From positions 4,474,071-4,538,070 of the forward strand of contig NZ_CP031704.1 in the NCBI RefSeq assembly GCF_003428335.1: a stretch of 64,000 nt of DNA, in the 5' to 3' direction. Within the stretch, counting starts at the first letter, position 1. Every line of letters starts with the position of its first letter. Positions 36,195 through 44,515 of the stretch are shown piece by piece. Position numbers and translations under genes: made by a program. The notes under the pieces were generated by a model. The model did no database searches. It saw only the letters and a program-made list of their open reading frames with translations, and was not told the DNA's origin. Source of the DNA: Solimonas sp. K1W22B-7 (GTDB taxonomy: Bacteria > Pseudomonadota > Gammaproteobacteria > Nevskiales > Nevskiaceae).

Positions 36195-38057
36195 TCAGAT
36201 TCCCTGGCGTGTGATCTGGGACGGCGACAGCAGCGGCAACTGCACCGAGCCCGCGACGTTCAGTGCCGGCACCAGCAGGTCGCGCGACCAGGTCACCGGA
36301 TACTGCGCATGGAAGCCATAGACCAGCAAGGCCAGTTCGTCGCCCTCGGCCAGGCGCTCGGCGATGCCGCTCATGTCGCCGATGTGCTCACCGAAACCGC
36401 GCACCGGGGTCAGCTGGTCGTCGACCAGATCCCAGCGCGTCTCCCCGGCCTTGCGGTGGCCGATACCCAGGAACAGGATCGGGTCGCAGGCACCGATGCC
36501 CAGGGGAATCGCGCAGCTCGCCTGCTCGGCGCCGGTGAGGCCGGCGAGATTCAGCGACATCGTGGGGATGCCCGCGACGATGGCACCGCCCGCCGGGGCG
36601 GTGTACAGCGGCTGCGTCGCCAGCAGGGCCTCGCGCGCACCGTTGCCCAGCACCGCGCCGACCACGCCCAGCACCGAGTTGAGCTGCGGCGTGGAGTCGT
36701 TGATGTCGAAGCTCTGGCCGCCCTTGGGCACCGTGCGCACGCTGATGGCATCACCCTCGGCCAGGCTCAGGCAGATGTCCTTGCCGCTGGGCAGGGCCGC
36801 GTTCACGGCACCGCCCTTGCCCTGCAGCTTCTCCTCGAACCAGGCGAACTGGACATCGTCCAGCACCAGCGACCCGCAGGCGCGTGAGCCGCCGGCGTCC
36901 TGGAAGTTGGGCAGGGTCAGGGCGGTGTAGAACGGATCGAGCGCCGTCTCCAGATTGCTGCCCGGGGGCAGCGGCACGGTGGTGAGGCTCAGCGGCAGGA
37001 TGTGGCCGGACTGGTGTGTCAGCAGGCGCACGTCGCCACCGCGCGCCTTGAGGCACTCGTAGTTGCCGACGCCGTCGTTGAAGTTGAACAGCGTGTCGCG
37101 GAAGCCCTGGGTGATCAGCGCATCGATCTTGGCGTAGGGACGCGGCGCGACCTCGCGCGGATCGGGCGTGGCCAGCAGGAAGTTCTGCTCGCCGGCCGGC
37201 AGGCCGTCGCAGAAGTAGGACACGCTGTGGTACTTGAAGAAGTTGCGGCCGGCATCGGTGAACTGGTTCTGCACCGCGGCATTGATCAGCGATTCGAAGA
37301 TCGCCGTGTCCTGGCGCGTCTGGCCGCGGGCCAGGGTGTCGAGCAGGCCGGTCAGGATCAGCGTCGGATCGCCGCCGGTCACCACGGCCAGCAGCGGCAG
37401 CTCGGCGCTCAGCGACAGCAGCAGGCCGTAGCCCGACTTCACGACGTTGCCGGAGTTGAGCGCGTACATCAGGTCGTGCGGGGTGATGTCGGGCGCAATC
37501 ACGCGCAGGCGCTGCTGGGGGTCGGCGCCGGCCAGCAGGAACTGGTACATGCCGCCGTAGGAGCCGCTGTAGCTGCCCACCACCATGCGGCCGTCGCCGT
37601 GGCGGCGCAGGCCCTCGAGGTTCTCGGCCCAGTCGAGGATGCCGATCAGGTCCTGGCCCTCGAAGTCCGGCGACATCACGCGCACCTGGCCGCTGGACTC
37701 GCCATTGCCGCGCTCGTCGATCGAGATCACGTAGTAGCCGGCGTCGCGCAGGCGCTGCTGGAAGCCGCTGGGGGTGATGTTGCGGCTGCCGCCGTAGCCG
37801 TGGCCATGCAGCACCAGGGGATAGGTCTTGCCCTTCTCCATGTGCGTCGGCTCCATCACCTGGATCACCGCCACGTCGCCGGTCTTGGCCACCGCGACCT
37901 CCTGGCGATAGACCGTGCCGTCGCGGCTCTCGGTCACCGGGTGGGTGGTACGGCCGCTGCCGCCCCCAGAACCGCTGCCGCTGACCTCGTCGCTGGAGTT
38001 GCAGGCCGACAGGCACAGGATTGCCAGCCCCAGCAGGGCGCTTCGCATCGCTTTCAT
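36195..38057 (-). CDS. CocE/NonD-family (X-Pro dipeptidyl-peptidase S15-like) hydrolase lipoprotein
   Basis: MKAMRSALLGLAILCLSAC lipobox after GAGGAGAGG. GSYSGSYGG nucleophile elbow in alpha/beta fold. Large C-terminal beta domain. Confidence 0.7.
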   Translation of the reverse strand: MKAMRSALLGLAILCLSACNSSDEVSGSGSGGGSGRTTHPVTESRDGTVYRQEVAVAKTGDVAVIQVMEPTHMEKGKTYPLVLHGHGYGGSRNITPSGFQQRLRDAGYYVISIDERGNGESSGQVRVMSPDFEGQDLIGILDWAENLEGLRRHGDGRMVVGSYSGSYGGMYQFLLAGADPQQRLRVIAPDITPHDLMYALNSGNVVKSGYGLLLSLSAELPLLAVVTGGDPTLILTGLLDTLARGQTRQDTAIFESLINAAVQNQFTDAGRNFFKYHSVSYFCDGLPAGEQNFLLATPDPREVAPRPYAKIDALITQGFRDTLFNFNDGVGNYECLKARGGDVRLLTHQSGHILPLSLTTVPLPPGSNLETALDPFYTALTLPNFQDAGGSRACGSLVLDDVQFAWFEEKLQGKGGAVNAALPSGKDICLSLAEGDAISVRTVPKGGQSFDINDSTPQLNSVLGVVGAVLGNGAREALLATQPLYTAPAGGAIVAGIPTMSLNLAGLTGAEQASCAIPLGIGACDPILFLGIGHRKAGETRWDLVDDQLTPVRGFGEHIGDMSGIAERLAEGDELALLVYGFHAQYPVTWSRDLLVPALNVAGSVQLPLLSPSQITRQGI

Positions 38058-38105
38058 GGTCCTCTCCTCAGAGGGACGGCTCTGCCCGTGGGCGGCCGTT
38101 CTGTT

Positions 38106-38125
38106 CGTGAATATCCGATGACGGG
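38106..38125 (-). promoter_or_regulatory. Conserved 20-mer TCGTGAATAT(C/T)(C/T)GATGACGG (copy 1), 5' of CocE/NonD hydrolase gene
   Basis: Same motif recurs at 40875-40894 upstream of the alpha/beta hydrolase gene. Confidence 0.35.
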
Positions 38126-38256
38126 TATACGCGTCGGAAAGGGCCTTTGTCCATGCCCAGGCAGGGGATGGGGTCCGCCGGGCGGGTATGGATTTCCCTG
38201 ACAGGGACCGGCCCTTACAGGCCATAATCCGGTCATCTTTTGGCCAAGGATGAGCC

Positions 38257-39327
38257 GTGTACAAGTCGCTCAGAGCCCAGACCCTGCATTACTTCGCCCG
38301 CCCCCACACCGGGATGCCCGACGGCCCGGTGGATTCGCCGGCGGACTGGCGCGGCGCGGCCATGCGCCAGCGCAGCGACTGGCAGTACCGCTTCAGCCCG
38401 GCCGACATCGAGGAATGCCGTGCCGCGGTGCGCCATGCCGAGGCCAGCGGCAAGACCATGGCCGGGATGACCCGGGCAGACTTCCCCTTGCCCGGCCTGG
38501 CCGCCCACATCGACATCTGGCGCCACGACATCCGCCATGGCCGCGGCTTCGTGCTGCTGCGCGGCCTGCCGGTGGAGCAGTGGACCGAGGCGCAGAGCGC
38601 GCTGTTCTACTGGGGTTTCGGCCACCATCTGGGCCTGCCCGGGGCACAGAACCCCCAGGGCGACCTGCTGGGCCACGTGCGCGACCAGCGCACCGGTGGC
38701 GACATCCGCTACTACCGCACCAACAAGGCCCTGGCGCCGCATTGCGACACTGCCGACGTGGTCGGCCTGCTGTGCCTGAAGACCGCGAAAAGCGGCGGCC
38801 TGTCGCGCATCGCCAGTTCGGTGGCGGTGTACAACGAGCTGCTGCGACGCAAGCCGCGGCTGGTGCCGCGGCTGTTCGAACCGATGTGGTTCGACACCAA
38901 GGGCGAAGGCGGCATCCCCGCCTACCCCATCGCGCCCTGCCGCCATGCCGACGGCGAGCTGCGCAGCTTCTGGCAGAGCGACTACTACCGCAGCGTCGAG
39001 CACATCCCCCACGTGCCGAAGCTGACCGCCGCCGAGCACGAACTGCTCGACGCCTACGACGCCATCGCCGGCGATCCTGAGTTCTGCCTGGACATGGACC
39101 TGCAGCCGGGCGACATCCAGCTGATCTCCAATCACACGATCCTGCACGCCCGCACCGGCTTCGAGGACTGGCCCGACCCGGACCAGCGCCGCCACCTGCT
39201 GCGCCTGTGGCTGACCCTGCCGGCAGACCTGCCGCTGCGGCTGAAGCTGCTGCGCGGCCTCAGCTGGGCGCGCGTCACCGCCACCGCGGCGCGCGAGCTG
39301 CTGCGCGCCCAGCGCAGCCCCGCCTGA
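38257..39327 (+). CDS. TauD/TfdA-family Fe(II)/2-oxoglutarate dioxygenase
   Basis: HCD metal-binding triad region (APHCDTAD), NHTILHART and C-terminal Arg. GTG start after AAGGATGAG. Confidence 0.8.
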   Translation: MYKSLRAQTLHYFARPHTGMPDGPVDSPADWRGAAMRQRSDWQYRFSPADIEECRAAVRHAEASGKTMAGMTRADFPLPGLAAHIDIWRHDIRHGRGFVLLRGLPVEQWTEAQSALFYWGFGHHLGLPGAQNPQGDLLGHVRDQRTGGDIRYYRTNKALAPHCDTADVVGLLCLKTAKSGGLSRIASSVAVYNELLRRKPRLVPRLFEPMWFDTKGEGGIPAYPIAPCRHADGELRSFWQSDYYRSVEHIPHVPKLTAAEHELLDAYDAIAGDPEFCLDMDLQPGDIQLISNHTILHARTGFEDWPDPDQRRHLLRLWLTLPADLPLRLKLLRGLSWARVTATAARELLRAQRSPA

Positions 39328-39388
39328 GGCACTGGCGCAAGACGCCCGGCTTGCCGATACTGCCGCGCCCCATCGCCCGAGCCCGCCC

Positions 39389-39871
39389 ATGCCCTCCTTC
39401 GATATCGTCTCCGAAGTCGACACGCACGAACTGACCAATGCCCTGGACCAGGCGCGGCGCGACCTGGACAACCGCTACGACCTGCGCGGCACCAATGCCC
39501 GCATCGAGCAGGAGGAATTCGTCGTCACGCTGTTCGCCGGCAACGAGTTCCAGCTCAAGCAGCTGCTGGAGATCCTGCACCGCCGCCTCGCCGCCCGGCA
39601 CATCGACCTGCGCAGCGTCGAGTCCGGCAAGATCGAGACCAACCTCGCCGAGGCGCGCCAGAAGGTCACGATCAAGCAGGGCATCGAGCAGGCCCAGGCC
39701 AAGAAGATCGTCACGAAGATCAAGGAGTCCAAGATCAAGGTGGACACCCAGATCACCGGCGACAAGCTGCGCGTGATCGGCAAGAAGCGCGACGACCTGC
39801 AGGCGGTGATCGCGATGCTGCGCGCGGCCGATACCGAGCTGCCGCTGCAGTATGAGAATTTCCGGGATTGA
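39389..39871 (+). CDS. yajQ: YajQ-family nucleotide/c-di-GMP-binding protein (UPF0234)
   Basis: MPSFDIVSEVD N-terminus and full-length YajQ similarity; 160 aa. Confidence 0.85.
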   Translation: MPSFDIVSEVDTHELTNALDQARRDLDNRYDLRGTNARIEQEEFVVTLFAGNEFQLKQLLEILHRRLAARHIDLRSVESGKIETNLAEARQKVTIKQGIEQAQAKKIVTKIKESKIKVDTQITGDKLRVIGKKRDDLQAVIAMLRAADTELPLQYENFRD

Positions 39872-39886
39872 GAAAAAGCTTGCCTA

Positions 39887-39913
39887 CGCAGGAGCGAGCA
39901 AGCTCGCTCCTGC
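39887..39913. terminator. Palindrome CGCAGGAGCGAGCAAGCTCGCTCCTGC (REP-variant / terminator after yajQ)
   Basis: Perfect 11-bp arms, no T-tract. Related to the family-1 GGAGCG core. Confidence 0.4.
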
Positions 39914-39946
39914 CCGGCCAGATTCAGCTCCGAAATCCCCTCAGGA

Positions 39947-40855
39947 CTAAGCCGCCCGCGCGGCGTTCGCGCTGATCAGTTCCGCCCAGCGCGGCATCAG
40001 CGGCAGCGCGAAGTCATGCCCCATGCCGGGGATCAGTTCCAGCTTCGCATTGCGGATCAGCCGGGCACTGCGCTGGCCGCAGGCCGGCCGCAGCAGCGGG
40101 TCGGCCAGGCCATGCACCACCTGCGTGGGCGCGGTGATCCGCGACAGCAGCGGCTCGATGCTGCCGGTGGCGACGATGGCGTGGGCCTGTCGCGCGTGGC
40201 CCACCGGGCGGAAGGCGCGGTCGTAGGCGCGGCCGACCAGGCGGGTGCGATATTCCAGCGGCGTCGGGAAGCCGGGGCTGCCGACACGGCACAGCATCGC
40301 GGTCGAACGGCGGATCACGGCCTCGCGCGTGCGCGGCTTGGGGCCGATGCCGGCCATGCGCCACAGCACGTCGAAGCGCGCCGAGGGCAGGCGCGGGTCG
40401 TTGGTGCTGGACATGATCGAGCTCAGGCTCAGCACGCGCTCCGGGTAACGGCCGGCGACGATCTGGCTGATCATGCCGCCCATGGAAACACCCACCAGGT
40501 GCGCGCGCGGGATTTTCAGCGCATCGAGCAGGCCGACGACGTCGTCGGCCATGTCGTGCAGGTCGTAGTTGGCCTCGGCCGGCAGGCCCAGGCGGCTGCG
40601 CACCCAGTCACGCGGCACGCGGATGCTGAGGCCGCGATCAGCGTCGCCGGAAAGCCCGGCGTCGCGGTTGTCGAAGCGGAGCAGGCGGAAACCGCGCTGC
40701 ACCAGGCGCTCGCAGAGATCGTCGGGCCAGTGGATGAGCTGTCCGCCCAGTCCCATGACCAGTAGCATCGGTTCGCCGTTTTGCGGTCCCGCCTGCTCCC
40801 AACTCAGTTGCAGCCCATTGACGCAGGCGCTGCCGGCGGACCAGCAAAGTTTCAT
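39947..40855 (-). CDS. Alpha/beta hydrolase
   Basis: HLVGVSMGGMIS nucleophile elbow; C-terminal GMGHDF His motif. Confidence 0.8.
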   Translation of the reverse strand: MKLCWSAGSACVNGLQLSWEQAGPQNGEPMLLVMGLGGQLIHWPDDLCERLVQRGFRLLRFDNRDAGLSGDADRGLSIRVPRDWVRSRLGLPAEANYDLHDMADDVVGLLDALKIPRAHLVGVSMGGMISQIVAGRYPERVLSLSSIMSSTNDPRLPSARFDVLWRMAGIGPKPRTREAVIRRSTAMLCRVGSPGFPTPLEYRTRLVGRAYDRAFRPVGHARQAHAIVATGSIEPLLSRITAPTQVVHGLADPLLRPACGQRSARLIRNAKLELIPGMGHDFALPLMPRWAELISANAARAA

Positions 40856-40874
40856 TACCGCTTTGTGTCCTTAT

Positions 40875-40894
40875 CGTGAATATTTGATGACGGA
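40875..40894 (-). promoter_or_regulatory. Conserved 20-mer TCGTGAATATTTGATGACGG (copy 2), in the 5' UTR of the alpha/beta hydrolase gene
   Basis: See copy 1 at 38106-38125. Embedded in a TGTGTCC...GGACACA inverted repeat. Confidence 0.35.
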
Positions 40895-40956
40895 CACAAA
40901 AATAGCAGGCTTGCGGCGATTTGTTGTTACAGCGGACCAGCGGTGCCTGCAGCACC

Positions 40957-41245
40957 GCGGACGGTGACAGGCCCTAGGGCCTGTCATCCATTCCCTGATC
41001 GCTGCGATGCCCCCGTATTTGCCGCCAGGCAAGGCGCGAGGAGGTCGCTTATCGGGAATAAGAGACTGACGAGCAACACAGCATGGCGGCAAAGACGGGG
41101 GCACCCGGAGGGCGGGGCCGCCTGGGCGCAGGGCGTCGCCCCGTGTCGCTGATGTACATTCAGTACACGGCGCGCCCCGGGGCATAGCCCTGCACCCAGG
41201 CGGCCTCCGTCGCAGCGACCAGGGAAGGGATGACAGGCCCTAGCG
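40957..41245. repeat. MITE-like element bounded by inverted GGATGACAGGCCCTAG repeats
   Basis: Perfect 22-bp palindrome TGACAGGCCCTAGGGCCTGTCA at 40962-40985. Inverted partial copy GGGATGACAGGCCCTAG at 41222-41240. ~290-bp intergenic segment between. Confidence 0.4.
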
Positions 41246-42145
41246 CAGGTTCACGACGCCGGCCGAAACATGTCCGGTGGGCCCGGCCAGCGCCGCCGAC
41301 TCGCAGTGCGTGATCTGGTCGTCGAAGAAGAAGTCGGGCCCGAACTCGCGCAGGAACGGCCCCTTGGCGAGGCCGCCGAGGAACATCGCCTCGTCGATCG
41401 CGATGCCCCAGTCCATCAGCGTGCGGATTGCACGCTCGTGCGCCGGGGCGCTGCGCGCGGTGACCAGGGCGGTACGCAGGCGGATCGGCACCGCTTCGGT
41501 AGAGGCTGCCTGCAGGCGCTGCAGGGCCACCAGCAGCGGCTTGAACGGCCCCGCCGGCAGCGGCCGCGCGGCATGCGTGCGCTCGTGGTTCTGGAAAGCG
41601 TCCAGCCCGTCGGCCTGGAACACGCGCTCGGCTTCGTCGGAGAACAGCACCGCGTCGCCGTCGAAGGCGATGCGCAGCTCTCCCGGATGACGGTCGGCCT
41701 CGACCACGGAGGTGCTGAACACCCGCGCCGCCGGGAAGCCGGCATTGAGCGCGGCGGCCACGTCCTCGTCGTGGGCCGACAGGAACAGCTGCGCGCCCAG
41801 CGGCTTGAGGTAGTGCCAGGGCGGCTGGCCGCGGGTGAAGACGCCGCGCTCCAGGCTCAGGCCGGCGGCCTTGGCGGAGCGGAACACGCGCAGGCCGGAG
41901 ACCGGGTCGTTGCGCGACAGGATCACCACTTCGACGCGGTGCTGGCCGTCGCCGTTGAAGGCCAGCAGCTTGCGCGCCAGCGGGAAGGCCACGCCGGCGC
42001 GCGCCGGCTCATCCAGGCGCTCGAGCTGCAGGCGCGTATAGGCCGCGTCGCCCTGCTCGTCGAACAGGCGGTTCTCTTCCTCGAAGTCGAACAGGGCGCG
42101 CGAGGACAGCGCCACCACCAGCTTGTTGTCGAGCGTGACGCCCAT
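41240..42145 (-). CDS. HAD-like 5'-nucleotidase family protein
   Basis: ATG at 42145 (MGVTLDNKLVVALSSRALFDFEEE). DxDx(T/V)-like N-terminus and cytosolic 5'-nucleotidase-like blocks. The upstream 160 codons of the ORF-track product are Arg/Ala/Gly-rich artefact. Confidence 0.6.
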   Translation of the reverse strand: MGVTLDNKLVVALSSRALFDFEEENRLFDEQGDAAYTRLQLERLDEPARAGVAFPLARKLLAFNGDGQHRVEVVILSRNDPVSGLRVFRSAKAAGLSLERGVFTRGQPPWHYLKPLGAQLFLSAHDEDVAAALNAGFPAARVFSTSVVEADRHPGELRIAFDGDAVLFSDEAERVFQADGLDAFQNHERTHAARPLPAGPFKPLLVALQRLQAASTEAVPIRLRTALVTARSAPAHERAIRTLMDWGIAIDEAMFLGGLAKGPFLREFGPDFFFDDQITHCESAALAGPTGHVSAGVVNLR

Positions 42146-42162
42146 GGTTGGGGAGAACCGGT

Positions 42163-43287
42163 TCAGGACATCAGGGCGGCGGCGGCCATCAGGCCGGCAC
42201 CGAGCACCACCGCGGCCAGGCGCAGGTCCTTGTCGCGCAGCAGCGCCTGCAGGGTCCCCGGTGGCGGTGGCGGCGGCCCCAGGCCGCTGCGCGCGGCAGG
42301 ATCCTGGGCAACGCAGCGGAACAGCGCAGTGACGGAATCGAACTCCGGTGCCAGCGGCCAGTAGGCCGACACGTCGGTGAGCGCGCCGGCAACGGTGGCG
42401 ACGCTTGCTGCGGCGACCGGCACGGCATCGACCAGTTGCAGCGGCTCGGAACCCCGCCGCAGCGTCGCCAGGCAGTTGCGCAGGTCCGTGGCCAGTTCGC
42501 GGGCGCTCTGGTAGCGCGCGGCGGCGGACTTGGCCAGCGCGCGGTCGACGATCTGGTCCAGCGCCTCCGGCACGTCCTGCAATACCTGGCTCAGCGAGGG
42601 GTGCGCGGCCACGGCGATGTTGCGCCACAGCTGCTTGGTGTCGGGACCGTCGAAGGCCGGGCGGCCACTGAGCATTTCGTAGATCACCGCGCCCAGCGAG
42701 AAGATGTCCGTGCGCTGGTCGGTGGGCCGGCCGAGGACCTGCTCCGGCGACATGTAGCGCGGCGTGCCGAACAGCATGCCGCGCGGCGCCTGGCCCTGCG
42801 GCTGGCGCAGGCTGGCGATGCCGAAGTCCATGATCTTGGCGTGACCGCTCCCCGACAGCATGATGTTGGCGGGCTTGATGTCGCGGTGCTCGACGCCGTG
42901 ATCGTGCGCGAAAGCCAGGCCCTCGGCGATTTCGGCGGCCAGCGTCAGCGCCTCGCGCAGCGACAGCCGCGACTGGGTCAGGCGCTGGCGCAGGTCGATT
43001 CCGGGCAGCAGTTCCATCGCCATGTAGGCGAAGTCACCCTCGCGGCCGAAGTCGAAGACCGTGACGATGGCCGGATGGCTGAGCCGCGCCGCCGCCCGTG
43101 CCTCCAGGGAGAAGCGCGCCTCGTAGCTCTCGCGCTGCGTCGCGTCCCCGGGCAGCAGGATGGTCTTGATCGCGACGGTGCGCTCCAGCAGCGGATCGCG
43201 CGCCTCGTAGACGATACCCATGGCACCGCGGCCCAGCTCGCGCTCGACCTGGTAGCGGCCCAGCTGCGTAATCGGCTGGTCGCTCAT
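42163..43287 (-). CDS. Hanks-type Ser/Thr protein kinase with C-terminal membrane anchor
   Basis: GRGAMGIVYEA, AIK, HRDIKPANI, DFG and SPE motifs. Pro-rich linker and C-terminal transmembrane helix. Confidence 0.85.
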   Translation of the reverse strand: MSDQPITQLGRYQVERELGRGAMGIVYEARDPLLERTVAIKTILLPGDATQRESYEARFSLEARAAARLSHPAIVTVFDFGREGDFAYMAMELLPGIDLRQRLTQSRLSLREALTLAAEIAEGLAFAHDHGVEHRDIKPANIMLSGSGHAKIMDFGIASLRQPQGQAPRGMLFGTPRYMSPEQVLGRPTDQRTDIFSLGAVIYEMLSGRPAFDGPDTKQLWRNIAVAAHPSLSQVLQDVPEALDQIVDRALAKSAAARYQSARELATDLRNCLATLRRGSEPLQLVDAVPVAAASVATVAGALTDVSAYWPLAPEFDSVTALFRCVAQDPAARSGLGPPPPPPGTLQALLRDKDLRLAAVVLGAGLMAAAALMS

Positions 43288-44363
43288 CGCTTGCCCTTCT
43301 TCTTGGCCTTGGGGGACGGCGGCGGTGCCGGCGGCGGCCCTTCGAAGGTGTAGCGCACCCGCAGGTGCTGGGCCGGCTTGGGCGAGATCGTCACCGACAG
43401 CGGCGGATAGGTGAGGTACTTCACCTCCAGCAGGTGATCGCCGGCAGCCAGCTGCAGCTGCTCCAGCCCGGGGATCTGCCCCTGCGAGACGCCGTCGACA
43501 AAGACCTCGCCGCCGGGCTGGATGTCGAACATCAGGACCGCCGGCGGCGCGAAGTCATGGCTGATCCGCAGCCGCTGGCCATGCTCCAGCTGCACCGTCT
43601 GCCGCAGCGGCTCCTGGTCGGCATAGCGCACCACGATGCGATGACTGCCCGGCTTGAGCTCCAGCTGCGTCAGCGGCGGCGAGGCCCCGACGCGTTCGCC
43701 GTCGATGCTGACCTGGCCGCTGGGCTTGATGTCGAATTCCAGCACCGGCGGTTTCAGGTTCAGCTGGCGCCCGGCCAGTGCCAGGGCCACCAGGCCGAGT
43801 GCACTCACGGCGGCGATCGACAGCAAACCGCGCCGGCGCTGTGCCGGCGTGCGCGGACCGGGCGTGTAGAGCTCCATCCGGCCGCTTTCCCCAGGCAGTG
43901 CCCCGGCCTTCACCAGCAGCGCGCTGCGGCTGGGAGTCCGGGCCGCCAGCGCGTCACGGAAGGCCTGGGTGATGCGCACCTCGCCCAGCGGCGAATAGGC
44001 CGCGGCCGTACCCGCGGCGATGATGCTGTCGCCGACCATCCCGACGACGGTCCCGCCCTGCGCGACCGGCAGGGTCGGGCCGTGGTCCAGGCCCAGCTGC
44101 AGCGGCAGCCCGACGGCGTTCTCCAGGCAGCGTCCGGCTGCGTCCAGTGCGCCCTCCGGATGGTCCAGCACCACCACGATCAAGCCGTCGGAAGCGTTCA
44201 GGACCAGGCGGTCCGGCAGGTTCAGCCCCTGCAGCGCCCGGCTGGCGCAGGCCACCAGCAGCGACCGCAGGCGCGCCTGTTCGGCCGCCGGCAGTGCCGC
44301 GTATTCGGCCAGACGCAAGTACAGCACGCTGGCCATCGTAGGTGACAGGCTGGAGTCGTTCAT
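43284..44363 (-). CDS. PEGA-domain membrane protein (co-operonic with STK, ATGA overlap)
   Basis: Transmembrane helix then two PEGA-like repeats (VSIDGERVGASP; VFVDGVSQGQIP). Basic C-terminal tail. Confidence 0.6.
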   Translation of the reverse strand: MNDSSLSPTMASVLYLRLAEYAALPAAEQARLRSLLVACASRALQGLNLPDRLVLNASDGLIVVVLDHPEGALDAAGRCLENAVGLPLQLGLDHGPTLPVAQGGTVVGMVGDSIIAAGTAAAYSPLGEVRITQAFRDALAARTPSRSALLVKAGALPGESGRMELYTPGPRTPAQRRRGLLSIAAVSALGLVALALAGRQLNLKPPVLEFDIKPSGQVSIDGERVGASPPLTQLELKPGSHRIVVRYADQEPLRQTVQLEHGQRLRISHDFAPPAVLMFDIQPGGEVFVDGVSQGQIPGLEQLQLAAGDHLLEVKYLTYPPLSVTISPKPAQHLRVRYTFEGPPPAPPPSPKAKKKGKR

Positions 44364-44515
44364 GGACCGCGGTGGAATCCCCTTGGGGTGATTCTAGCGG
44401 CAGTGGCGCCCGCAGGCAGCGGCAATTTGCATGACGGCCGAATCTGTCCTCAATGACGGACGCCCCTCGTCGGAAATCCCGCCGTCGCGGGCGCCGCCCC
44501 CGCTAAACTGGCCCG

